A stretch of 64,000 nt of DNA from Eledone cirrhosa (taxonomy: Eukaryota): NCBI GenBank assembly GCA_964016885.1, contig OZ024740.1, positions 18,972,001-19,036,000 of the forward strand. Reading direction: 5' to 3'. Positions 1-12,000 of this stretch are shown here, one piece after another (the stretch's first letter is position 1; every line of letters begins with the position of its first letter). A program made the translations under genes and the position numbers. A model generated the notes under the pieces. It made no database searches. It had not been told where the DNA came from and worked only from the letters and a program-made list of their open reading frames with translations.

Positions 1-3000
1 TTGAGGGTTGCTCTATTGAGGTCTGCTCTCTTGAGGTCTGCTCTGTTGAGGTCTGCTCTGTTGAGGTCTGCTCTGTTGAGGTCTGCTCTATTGAGGTCAG
101 CTCTGTTGAGGGTTGTTCTTTTGAGGTCAGCTTTGTAGAGGTCTGGACTGTTGAGGGCTGCTTTGTTGAGGTCTGCTCCGTTGAGGTCTGCTCTCTTGAT
201 GCCTGCTCTGTTGTGGGCTGCTCTGTTGAAGGTTGCTCTGTTGAGGTCTGCACTGTTGAGGTATGCTCTGTTGAGGTCTGCTCAGCTGAGGGTTGCTCTT
301 TTTGAGGTCTGCTCTGTTGAGGGTTGCTCTGTTGAGATATGCTCTGGTGAGGGTTGCTCTATTGAGGTCTGCTCTATTGAGGTCTGCTCTTTTGAGGTTT
401 GCTCTGTTGAGGGTTGCTCTGTTGAGGGATGTTCTGTTGAGGTCTGCTTTGTAGAGGTCTGCACTGTTGAGGGCTACATTGTTCAGGTCTGCTCTGTTGA
501 GGTCTGCTCTGTTGAGGTCTGCTCTGTTGAGGGGTGCTCTGCAGAGGGTTGCTCTGTTAATGCCTGCTCTGTTGTGGGCTGCTCTGTTGAAGGTTGCACT
601 GTTGAGGTTTGCTCTGTTGAGGTCTGCTCTGCTGATGGTTGGTCTGCTGAGGTTTGCTCTGTTGAGGTCTGCTCTGTTGAGGGTTGCTCTGTTGATGTCT
701 GTTCTGTTGAGGTCTGCTCTGTTGAGGGCTGCTCTGTTGAAGGTTGCTCTGTTGAGGGTTGTTCTGTTGAGGTCTGCTCTGTTGAGGTCTGCTCTGTTGA
801 GGGTTGCTCTATTGAAGTCTGCTCTGTTGAGGTCTGCTCTGTTGAGGTCTGCTCTGTTGAGGTCAGCTCTGTTGAGGGTTGTTCTGTTGAGGTCAGCTTT
901 GTAGAGGTCTGCACTGTTGAGGGTAGCTTTGTTGAGGTCTGCTCTGTTGAGGTCTGCTCTGTTGAGGTCTGCTCTGTTGAGGATTGCTCTGTTGAGGTCT
1001 GCTCTGTTGAGGGTTGCTCTGTTGAGGACTGCTTTGTTGAGGTCTGCTCTGTTGAGATCTGCTCTGTTGAGGTCTGCTCTGTTGAGTGTTGATTTGTTTA
1101 GGCCTGCACTGTTGAGGTCTGCTGTGTTGAGGTTTGCTCTGTTGAGGGCTGCTCTGCTGAGGTCTTCTCTGTTGACTCTGCTCTGTTGTGGTCTGCTCTG
1201 TTGAGGGTTGCTCTGTTGAGGTCTGCTCTGTTGAAGTCTGCTCTGTTGAGGTCTGCTCTGTTGAGGGTTGTTCTGTTGAGGTCTGCTTTGTAGAGGTCTG
1301 CACTGTTGAGGGCTCCTTTGTTGAGGTCTGCTCTGTTGAGGTCTGCTCTGTTGATGCCTGCACTGTTGTGGGCTGCTCTGTTGAAGGTTGCCCTGTTGAG
1401 GTCTACTCTGTTGAGGTCTGCACTGTTGAGGTCTGCTCTGCTGAGGGTTGCTCTTTTTGAGGTCTGCTCTGTTGAGGGTTGTTCTATTGGGGACTGCTCT
1501 GTTGAGGTCTGTCTTTTGAGGTCTGCTCTGTTGAGGGTTGCTCTTTTAAGGTATGCTCTGTTGAGGGTTGCTCTATTGAGGTCTGCTCTGTTGAGGTCTG
1601 CTCTTTTGAGGTCTGCTCTGTTGAGGGTTGCTCTGTTGAGGTCTGCTCTGTTGAGGGTTGCTCTGTTGAGGTCTGTCCTGTTGAGGTCTGCTCTGTTGAG
1701 GTCTGCTCTGTTGAGTCTTGTTCTGTTGATGTCTGCTTTGTAGAGGTCTGCACTGTTGAGGGCTGCTTTGTTGAGGTCTGCTCTGTTGAGGGTTGCTCTG
1801 TTGAGGTCTGCTCTGTTGAGGTCTGCTCTGTTGAGGGTTGCTCTGTTGAGGTCTGCTCTGTTGAGGTCTGCTCTGTTGAGGTCTGCTCTGTTGAGGTCTG
1901 CTCTGTTGAGGGTTGCTGTGTTTATGTCCGCTCTGTTGAGAGCTGCTCTGTTGATGTCTGCTCTGTTGAGGTCTGCTCTGTTGAGGTTTGCTCTGTTGAG
2001 GTCTGCTCTGCTGAGGGTTGCTCTGTTGAGGTCTGCTCTGTTGAGGTCTGCTCTGTTGAGGTCTGCTCTGTTTAGGTCTGCTCTGTTGAGCTCTGCTCTG
2101 TTGAGGTCTGCTCTGTTGAGGTCTGCTCTGTTGAGGTCTGCTCTTTTGAGGTCTGCTCTGTTGAGGTTTGCTCTGTTGAGGATTGCTCTGTTGAGGTCTG
2201 CTCTGTTGAGGTCTGCTCTGTTGAGGTCTGCTCTTTTGAGGTCTGCTCTATGAGGGTTGTTCTGTTGAGGTCTGCTTTGTAGAGGCCTGCACTGTTGAGG
2301 GCTGCTTTGTTGAGTTCTGCTCTGTTGTGGTCTGCTCTGTTGATACCTGCTCTGTTGTGGGCTGCTCTGTTGAAGGTTGCTTTATTGAGGTCTGCTCTGT
2401 TGAGGTATGCTCTGTTGAGGTCTGCTCTGCTGAGGGTTGCTCTTTTTGAGGTCTGCTCTGTTGAGGGTTGTTCTATTGAGGACTGCTCTGTTGAGGTCTG
2501 TCTGTTGAGGTCTGCTCTGTTGAGGGTTGCTCTGTTGAGGTATGCTCTGTTGAGGGTTGCTCTATTGAGGCCTGCTGTTGAGGTCTGCTCTTTTGAGGTC
2601 TGCTCTGTTGAGGGTTGCTCTGTTGAGGTCTGCTCTGTTGAGGTCTGCTCTGTTGAGGTCTGCTCTCTTGAGGTCTGCTCTGTTGAGTTCTGCTCTGTTG
2701 AGGGTTGTTCTGTTGAGGTCTTCTTTGTAGAGGTTTTCACTGTTGAGGTCTGCTCTGTTGAGGTCTGCTCTGCTGAGGTTTGCTCTGTTGAGGATTGCTC
2801 TGTTGAGGTCTGCTCTGTTGAGGTCTGCTCTGTTGATTCCTGCTCTGTTGTGGGCTGCTCTGTTGAAGGTTGCTTTGTTGAGGTCTGCTCTGTTGAGGTA
2901 TGCTCTGTTGAGGTCTGCTCTGTTGAGGGTTGCTCTGTTGAGGTATGCTCTGTTGAGGCTTGCTCTATTGAGGTCTGCTGTTGAGGTCTGCTCTTTTGAG

Positions 3001-6000
3001 GTCTGCTCTGTTGAGGGTTGCTCTGTTGAGGTCTGCTCTGTTGAGGTCTGCTCTGTTGAGGTCTGCTCTCTTGAGGTCTGCTCTGTTGAGTTCTGCTCTG
3101 TTGAGGGTTGTTCTGTTGAGGTCTTCTTTGTAGAGGTTTTCACTGTTGAGGTCTGCTCTGTTGAGGTCTGCTCTGCTGAGGTTTGCTCTGTTGAGGATTG
3201 CTCTGTTGAGGTCTGCTCTGTTGAGGTCTGCTCTGTTGATTCCTGCTCTGTTGTGGGCTGCTCTGTTGAAGGTTGCTTTGTTGAGGTCTGCTCTGTTGAG
3301 GTATGCTCTGTTGAGGTCTGCTCTGTTGAGGGTTGCTCTGTTGAGGTATGCTCTGTTGAGGCTTGCTCTATTGAGGTCTGCTGTTGAGGTCTGCTCTTTT
3401 GAGGTCTGCTCTGTTGAGGTCTGCTCTGTTGAGTTCTGCTCTGTTGAGGGTTGTTCTGTTGATGTCTGCTTTGTAGAGGTCTGCACTGTTGAGGTCTGCT
3501 CTGTTGAGGTCTGCTCTGTTGAGGTCTGCTCTGTTGAGGTCTGCTCTGTTGAGGTCTGCTCTGTTGAGGTCTGCTCTGTTGAGGTCTGCTCTGTTGAGGG
3601 TTGCCCTGTTGAGGTCTGCTCTGTTGAGGTCTGCTCTGTTGAGGGCTGCTCTGTTGAATGTTGCTCTGTTGAGAGTTGTTCTGTTGAGGTCTGCTCTGTT
3701 GAGGTCTGCTCTGTTGAGGGTTGCTCTATTGAGGTCTGCTCTCTTGAGGTCTGCTCTGTTGAGGGTTGCTCTATTGAGGTCTGCTCTGTTGAGGTCTGCT
3801 CTGTTGAGGTCTGCTCTGTTGAGGGTTGCTCTGTTGAGGTCTGCTCTGTTGAGGTCTGCTCTGTTGAGGTCTGCTCTGTTGAGGTCTGCTCTGTTGAGGT
3901 CTGCTCTATTGAGGTCTGCTCTGTTGAGGGTTGTTCTTTTGAGGTCAGCTTTGTAGAGGTCTGGACTGTTGAAGGCTGCTTTGTTGAGGTCTGCTCCGTT
4001 GAGGTCTGCTCTCTTGATGCCTGCTCTGTTGTGGGCTGCTCTGTTGAAGGTTGCTCTGTTGAGGTCTGCACTGTTGAGGTATGCTCTGTTGAGGTCTGCT
4101 CAGCTGAGGGTTGCTCTTTTTGAGGTCTGCTCTGTTGAGGGTTGCTCTGTTGAGATATGCTCTGGTGAGGGTTGCTCTATTGAGGTCTGCTCTATTGAGG
4201 TCTGCTCTTTTGAGGTTTGCTCTGTTGAGGGTTGCTCTGTTGAGGGATGTTCTGTTGAGGTCTGCTTTGGAGAGGTCTGCACTGTTGAGGGCTACTTTGT
4301 TCAGGTCTGCTCTGTTGAGGTCTGCTCTGTTGAGGTCTGCTCTGTTGAGGGGTGCTCTGCAGAGGGTTGCTCTGTTAATGCCTGCTCTGTTGTGGGCTGC
4401 TCTGTTGAAGGTTGCACTGTTGAGGTTTGCTCTGTTGAGGTCTGCTCTGCTGATGGTTGCTCTGCTGAGGTTTGCTCTGTTGAGGTCTGCTCTGTTGAGG
4501 GTTGCTCTGTTGATGTCTGTTCTGTTGAGATCTGCTCTGTTGAGGGCTGCTCTGTTGAAGGTTGCTCTGTTGAGGGTTGTTCTGTTGAGGTCTGCTCTGT
4601 TGAGGTCTGCTCTGTTGAGGGTTGCTCTATTGAAGTCTGCTCTGTTGAGGTCTGCTCTGTTGAGGTTTTCTCTATTGAGGTCTGCTCTGTTGAGGTCTGC
4701 TCTGTTGAGGTCTGCTCCGTTGAGGTCTGCTCTGTTGAGGTCTGCTCTGTTGAGGTCTTCTCTGTTGAGGTCTGCTCTGTTGAGGTCTGCTCTGTTGAGG
4801 TCTGCTCTGTTGAGGGTTGCTCTGTTGAGGTCTGCTCTGTTGAGGTCTTCTCTGTTGAGGGTTGCTCTATTGAGGTCTCCGCTCTGTTGAGGTCTGCTCT
4901 GTTGATGTGTGCTCTGTTGAGGGTTGCTCTGTTGGGGTCTTCTCTGTTGAGGTCTGCTCTGTTGAGGTCTGCTCTGTTGAGGTCTGCTCTGTTGAGGTCT
5001 GCTCTGTCGAGGTCAGCTCTGTTGAGGGTTCTTCTGTTGAGGTCTGCTTTGTAGAGGTCTGCACTGTTGAGGGTAGCTTTGTTGAGGTCTGCTCTGTTGA
5101 GGTCTGCTCTGTTCAGGTCTGCTCTGTTGAGGGTTGCTCTGTTGAGGTCTGCTCTGTTGAGGGTTGCTCTGTTGAGGACTGCTTTGTTGAGGTCTGCTCT
5201 GTTGAGATCTGCTCTGTTGAGGTCTGCTCTGTTGAGTGTTGATTTGTTTTGGTCTGCACTGTTGAGGTCTGCTGTGTTGAGGTTTGTTCTGTTGAGGGCT
5301 GCTCTGCTGAGGTCTTCTCTGTTGACTCTGCTCTGTTGTGGTCTGCTCTGTTGAGGGTTGCTCTGTTGAGGTCTGCTCTGTTGAAGTCTGCTCTGTTGAG
5401 GTCTGCTCTGTTGAGGGTTGTTCTGTTGAGGTCTGCTTTGTAGAGGTCTGCACTGTTGAGGGCTCCTTTGTTGAGGTCTGCTCTGTTGAGGTCTGCTCTG
5501 TTGATGCCTGCACTGTTGTGGGCTGCTCTGTTGAAGGTTGCCCTGTTGAGGTCTGCTCTGTTGAGGTATGCTCTGTTGAGGTCTGCTCTGCTGAGGGTTG
5601 CTCTTTTTGAGGTCTGCTCTGTTGAGGGTTGTTCTATTGGGGACTGCTCTGTTGAGGTCTGTCTTTTGAGGTCTGCTCTGTTGAGGGTTGCTCTTTTGAG
5701 GTATGCTCTGTTGAGGGTTGCTCTATTGAGGTCTGCTCTGTTGAGGTCTGCTCTTTTGAGGTCTACTCTGTTGAGGGTTGCTCTGTTGAGGTCTGCTCTG
5801 TTGAGGGTTGCTCTGTTGAGGTCTGTCCTGTTGAGGTCTGCTCTGTTGAGGTCTGCTCCGTTGAGGCTTGTTCTGTTGATGTCTGCTTTGTAGAGGTCTG
5901 CACTGTTGAGGGCTGCTTTGTTGAGGTCTGCTCTGTTGAGGGTTGCTCTATTGAGGTCTGCTCTGTTGAGGTCTGCTCTGTTGAGGGTTGCTCTGTTGAG

Positions 6001-9000
6001 GTCTGCTCTGTTGAGGTCTGCTCTGTTGAGGTCTGCTCTGTTGAGGTCTGCTCTGTTGAGGGTTGCTGTGTTTATGTCCGCTCTGTTGAGAGCTGCTCTG
6101 TTGAGGTCTGCTCTGTTGAGGTTTGCTCTGTTGAGGTCTGCTCTGCTGAGGGTTGCTCTGTTGAGGTCTGCTCTGTTGAGGTCTGCTCTGTTGAGGTCTG
6201 CTCTGTTTAGGTCTGCTCTGTTGAGCTCTGCTCTGTTGAGGTCTGCTCTGTTGAGGTCTGCTCTGTTGAGGTCTGCTCTTTTGAGGTCTGCTCTGTTGAG
6301 GTCTGCTCTATGAGGGTTGTTCTGTTGAGGTCTGCTTTGTAGAGGCCTGCACTGTTGAGGGCTGCTTTGTTGAGGTCTGCTCTGTTGAGGTCTGCTCTGT
6401 TGATACCTGCTCTGTTGTGGGCTGCTCTGTTGAAGGTTGCTTTATTGAGGTCTGCTCTGTTGAGGTATGCTCTGTTGAGGTCTGCTCTGCTGAGGGTTGC
6501 TCTTTTTGAGGTCTGCTCTGTTGAGGGTTGTTCTATTGAGGACTGCTCTGTTGAGGTCTGTCTGTTGAGGTCTGCTCTGTTGAGGGTTGCTCTGTTGAGG
6601 TATGCTCTATTGAGGTCTGCTGTTGAGGTCTGCTCTTTTGAGGTCTGCTCTGTTGAGGGTTGCTCTGTTGAGGTCTGCTCTGTTGAGGTCTGCTCTCTTG
6701 AGGTCTGCTCTCTTGAGGTCTGCTCTGTTGAGTTCTGCTCTGTTGAGGGTTGTTCTGTTGAGGTCTTCTTTGTAGAGGTTTTCACTGTTGAGGTCTGCTC
6801 TGTTGAGGTCTGCTCTGCTGAGGTTTGCTCTGTTGAGGATTGCTCTGTTGAGGTCTGCTCTGTTGAGGTCTGCTCTGTTGATTCCTGCTCTGTTGTGGGC
6901 TGCTCTGTTGAAGGTTGCTTTGTTGAGGTCTGCTCTGTTGAGGTATGCTCTGTTGAGGTCTGCTCTGTTGAGGGTTGCTCTGTTGAGGTATGCTCTGTTG
7001 AGGCTTGCTCTATTGAGGTCTGCTGTTGAGGTCTGCTCTTTTGAGGTCTGCTCTGTTGAGGTCTGCTCTGTTGAGTTCTGCTCTGTTGAGGGTTGTTCTG
7101 TTGATGTCTGCTTTGTAGAGGTCTGCACTGTTGAGGTCTGCTCTGTTGAGGTCTGCTCTGTTGAGGTCTGCTCTGTTGAGGTCTGCTCTGTTGAGGTCTG
7201 CTCTGTTGAGGTCTGCTCTGTTGAGGTCTGCTCTGTTGAGGGTTGCCCTGTTGAGGTCTGCTCTGTTGAGGTCTGCTCTGTTGAGGGCTGCTCTGTTGAA
7301 TGTTGCTCTGTTGAGAGTTGTTCTGTTGAGGTCTGCTCTGTTGAGGTCTGCTCTGTTGAGGGTTGCTCTATTGAGGTCTGCTCTCTTGAGGTCTGCTCTG
7401 TTGAGGGTTGCTCTATTGAGGTCTGCTCTGTTGAGGTCTGCTCTGTTGAGGTCTGCTCTGTTGAGGGTTGCTCTCTTGAGGTCTGCTCTGTTGAGGTCTG
7501 CTCTGTTGAGGTCTGCTCTGTTGAGGTCTGCTCTGTTGAGGTCTGCTCTATTGAGGTCTGCTCTGTTGAGGGTTGTTCTTTTGAGGTCAGCTTTGTAGAG
7601 GTCTGGACTGTTGAGGGCTGCTTTGTTGAGGTCTGCTCCGTTGAGGTCTGCTCTGTTGATGCCTGCTCTGTTGTGGGCTGCTCTGTTGAAGGTTGCTCTG
7701 TTGAGGTCTGCACTGTTGAGGTATGCTCTGTTGAGGTCTGCTCAGCTGAGGGTTGCTCTTTTTGAGGTCTGCTCTGTTGAGGGTTGCTCTGTTGAGATAT
7801 GCTCTGGTGAGGGTTGCTCTATTGAGGTCTGCTCTATTGAGGTCTGCTCTTTTGAGGTTTGCTCTGTTGAGGGTTGCTCTGTTGAGGGATGTTCTGTTGA
7901 GGTCTGCTTTGGAGAGGTCTGCACTGTTGAGGGCTACTTTGTTCAGGTCTGCTCTGTTGAGGTCTGCTCTGTTGAGGTCTGCTCTGTTGAGGGGTGCTCT
8001 GCAGAGGGTTGCTCTGTTAATGCCTGCTCTGTTGAAGGTTGCACTGTTGAGGTTTGCTCTGTTGAGGTCTCCTCTGCTGATGGTTGCTCTGCTGAGGTTT
8101 GCTCTGTTGAGGTCTGCTCTGTTGAGGGTTGCTCTGTTGATGTCTGTTCTGTTGAGATCTGCTCTGTTGAGGGCTGCTCTGTTGAAGGTTGCTCTGTTGA
8201 GGGTTGTTCTGTTGAGGTCTGCTCTGTTGAGGTCTGCTCTGTTGAGGGTTGCTCTATTGAAGTCTGCTCTGTTGAGGGTTTCTCTATTGAGGTCTGCTCT
8301 GTTGAGGTCTGCTCTGTTGAGGTCTGCTCCGTTGAGGTCTGCTCTGTTGAGGTCTGCTCTGTTGAGGTCTTCTCTGTTGAGGTCTGCTCTGTTGAGGTCT
8401 GCTCTGTTGAGGTCTGCTCTGTTGAGGGTTGCTCTGTTGAGGTCTGCTCTGTTGAGGTTTTCTCTGTTGAGGGTTGCTCTATTGAGGTCTGCGCTCTGTT
8501 GAGGTCTGCTCTGTTGATGTGTGCTCTGTTGAGGGTTGCTCTGTTGGGGTCTTCTCTGTTGAGTTCTGCTCTGTTGAGGTCTGCTCTGTTGAGGTCTGCT
8601 CTGTTGAGGTCTGCTCTGTTGAGGTCAGCTCTGTTGAGGGTTGTTCTGTTGAGGTCTGCTTTGTAGAGGTCTGCACTGTTGAGGGTAGCTTTGTTGAGGT
8701 CTGCTCTGTTGAGGTCTGCTCTGTTCAGGTCTGCTCTGTTGAGGGTTGCTCTGTTGAGGTCTGCTCTGTTGAGGGTTGCTCTGTTGAGGACTGCTTTGTT
8801 GAGGTCTGCTCTGTTGAGATCTGCTCTGTTGAGGTCTGCTCTGTTGAGTGTTGATTTGTTTTGGTCTGCACTGTTGAGGTCTGCTGTGTTGAGGTTTGCT
8901 CTGTTGAGGGCTGCTCTGCTGAGGTCTTCTCTGTTGACTCTGCTCTGTTGTGGTCTGCTCTGTTGAGGGTTGCTCTGTTGAGGTCTGCTCTGTTGAAGTC

Positions 9001-12000
9001 TGCTCTGTTGAGGTCTGCTCTGTTGAGGGTTGCTCTGTTGAGGTCTGCTCTGTTGAGGGTTGCTCTGTTGAGGGCTGCTTTGTTGAGGTCTGCTCTGTTG
9101 AGATCTGCTCTGTTGAGGTCTGCTCTGTTGAGTGTTGATTTGTTTTGGTCTGCACTGTTGAGGTCTGCTGTGTTGAGGTTTGCTTTGTTGAGGGCTGCTC
9201 TGCTGAGGTCTTCTCTGTTGACTCTGCTCTGTTGTGGTCTGCTCTGTTGAGGGTTGCTCTGTTGAGGTCTGCTCTGTTGAAGTCTGCTCTGTTGAGGTCT
9301 GCTCTGTTGATGCCTGCACTGTTGTGGGCTGCTCTGTTGAAGGTTGCCCTGTTGAGGTCTGCTCTGTTGAGGTATGCTCTGTTGAGGTCTGCTCTGCTGA
9401 GGGTTGCTCTTTTTGAGGTCTGCTCTGTTTAGGGTTGTTCTATTGGGGACTGCTCTGTTGAGGTCTGTCTTTTGAGGTTTGCTCTGTTGAGGGTTGCTCT
9501 GTTGAGGGATGTTCTGTTGAGGTCTGCTTTGGAGAGGTCTGCACTGTTGAGGGCTACTTTGTTCAGGTCTGCTCTGTTGAGGTCTGCTCTGTTGAGGTCT
9601 GCTCTGTTGAGGGGTGCTCTGCAGAGGGTTGCTCTGTTAATGCCTGCTCTGTTGAAGGTTGCACTGTTGAGGTTTGCTCTGTTGAGGTCTCCTCTGCTGA
9701 TGGTTGCTCTGCTGAGGTTTGCTCTGTTGAGGTCTGCTCTGTTGAGGGTTGCTCTGTTGATGTCTGTTCTGTTGAGATCTGCTCTGTTGAGGGCTGCTCT
9801 GTTGAAGGTTGCTCTGTTGAGGGTTGTTCTGTTGAGGTCTGCTCTGTTGAGGTCTGCTCTGTTGAGGGTTGCTCTATTGAAGTCTGCTCTGTTGAGGGTT
9901 TCTCTATTGAGGTCTGCTCTGTTGAGGTCTGCTCTGTTGAGGTCTGCTCCGTTGAGGTCTGCTCTGTTGAGGTCTGCTCTGTTGAGGTCTTCTCTGTTGA
10001 GGTCTGCTCTGTTGAGGTCTGCTCTGTTGAGGTCTGCTCTGTTGAGGGTTGCTCTGTTGAGGTCTGCTCTGTTGAGGTTTTCTCTGTTGAGGGTTGCTCT
10101 ATTGAGGTCTGCGCTCTGTTGAGGTCTGCTCTGTTGATGTGTGCTCTGTTGAGGGTTGCTCTGTTGGGGTCTTCTCTGTTGAGTTCTGCTCTGTTGAGGT
10201 CTGCTCTGTTGAGGTCTGCTCTGTTGAGGTCTGCTCTGTTGAGGTCAGCTCTGTTGAGGGTTGTTCTGTTGAGGTCTGCTTTGTAGAGGTCTGCACTGTT
10301 GAGGGTAGCTTTGTTGAGGTCTGCTCTGTTGAGGTCTGCTCTGTTCAGGTCTGCTCTGTTGAGGGTTGCTCTGTTGAGGTCTGCTCTGTTGAGGGTTGCT
10401 CTGTTGAGGACTGCTTTGTTGAGGTCTGCTCTGTTGAGATCTGCTCTGTTGAGGTCTGCTCTGTTGAGTGTTGATTTGTTTTGGTCTGCACTGTTGAGGT
10501 CTGCTGTGTTGAGGTTTGCTCTGTTGAGGGCTGCTCTGCTGAGGTCTTCTCTGTTGACTCTGCTCTGTTGTGGTCTGCTCTGTTGAGGGTTGCTCTGTTG
10601 AGGTCTGCTCTGTTGAAGTCTGCTCTGTTGAGGTCTGCTCTGTTGAGGGTTGCTCTGTTGAGGTCTGCTCTGTTGAGGGTTGCTCTGTTGAGGGCTGCTT
10701 TGTTGAGGTCTGCTCTGTTGAGATCTGCTCTGTTGAGGTCTGCTCTGTTGAGTGTTGATTTGTTTTGGTCTGCACTGTTGAGGTCTGCTGTGTTGAGGTT
10801 TGCTTTGTTGAGGGCTGCTCTGCTGAGGTCTTCTCTGTTGACTCTGCTCTGTTGTGGTCTGCTCTGTTGAGGGTTGCTCTGTTGAGGTCTGCTCTGTTGA
10901 AGTCTGCTCTGTTGAGGTCTGCTCTGTTGATGCCTGCACTGTTGTGGGCTGCTCTGTTGAAGGTTGCCCTGTTGAGGTCTGCTCTGTTGAGGTATGCTCT
11001 GTTGAGGTCTGCTCTGCTGAGGGTTGCTCTTTTTGAGGTCTGCTCTGTTTAGGGTTGTTCTATTGGGGACTGCTCTGTTGAGGTCTGTCTTTTGAGGTCT
11101 GCTCTGTTGAGGGTTGCTCTTTTGAGGTATGCTCTGTTGAGGGTTGCTCTATTGAGGTCTGCTCTGTTGAGGTCTGCTCTTTTGAGGTCTACTCTGTTGA
11201 GGGTTGCTCTGTTGAGGTCTGCTCTGTTGAGGGTTGCTCTGTTGAGGTCTGTCCTGTTGAGGTCTGCTCTGTTGATGTCTGCTCTGTTGAGGCTTGTTCT
11301 GTTGAGGTCTGCTTTGTAGAGGTCTGCACTGTTGAGGGCTGCTTTGTTGAGGTCTGCTCTGTTGAGGGTTGCTCTGTTGAGGTCTGCTCTGTTGAGGTCT
11401 GCTCTGTTGAGGGTTGCTCTGTTGAGGTCTGCTCTGTTGAGGTCTGCTCTGTTGAGGTCTGCTCTGTTGAGGTCTGCTCTGTTGAGGGTTGCTGTGTTTA
11501 TGTCCGCTCTGTTGAGAGCTGCTCTGTTGAGGTCTGCTCTGTTGAGGGTTGCTCTGTTGAGAATTGCTCTGTTGAGGTCTGCTCTGTTGAGGTCTGCTCT
11601 GTTGATGTTGCTCTGTTGAGGTCTGCTCTGCTGAGGGTTGCCCTGTTGAGGTCTGCTCTGTTGAGGTCTGCTCTGTTGAGGTCTGCTCTGTTGAGGTTTG
11701 CTCTGTTGAGCTCTGCTCTGTTGAGGTCTGCTCTGTTGAGGTCTGCTCTGTTGATGTTGCTCTGTTGAGGTCTGCTCTTTTGAGGTCTGCTCTGTTGAGG
11801 TCTGCTCTGTTGAGGGTTGTTCTGTTGAGGTCTACTTTGTAGAGATCTGCACTGTTGAGGGCTGCTTTGTTGAGTTCTGCTCTGTTGAGGTCTGCTCTTT
11901 TGAGGTCTACTCTGTTGAGGGTTGCTCTGTTGAGGTCTGCTCTGTTGAGGGTTGCTCTGTTGAGGTCTGTCCTGTTGAGGTCTGCTCTGTTGAGGTCTGC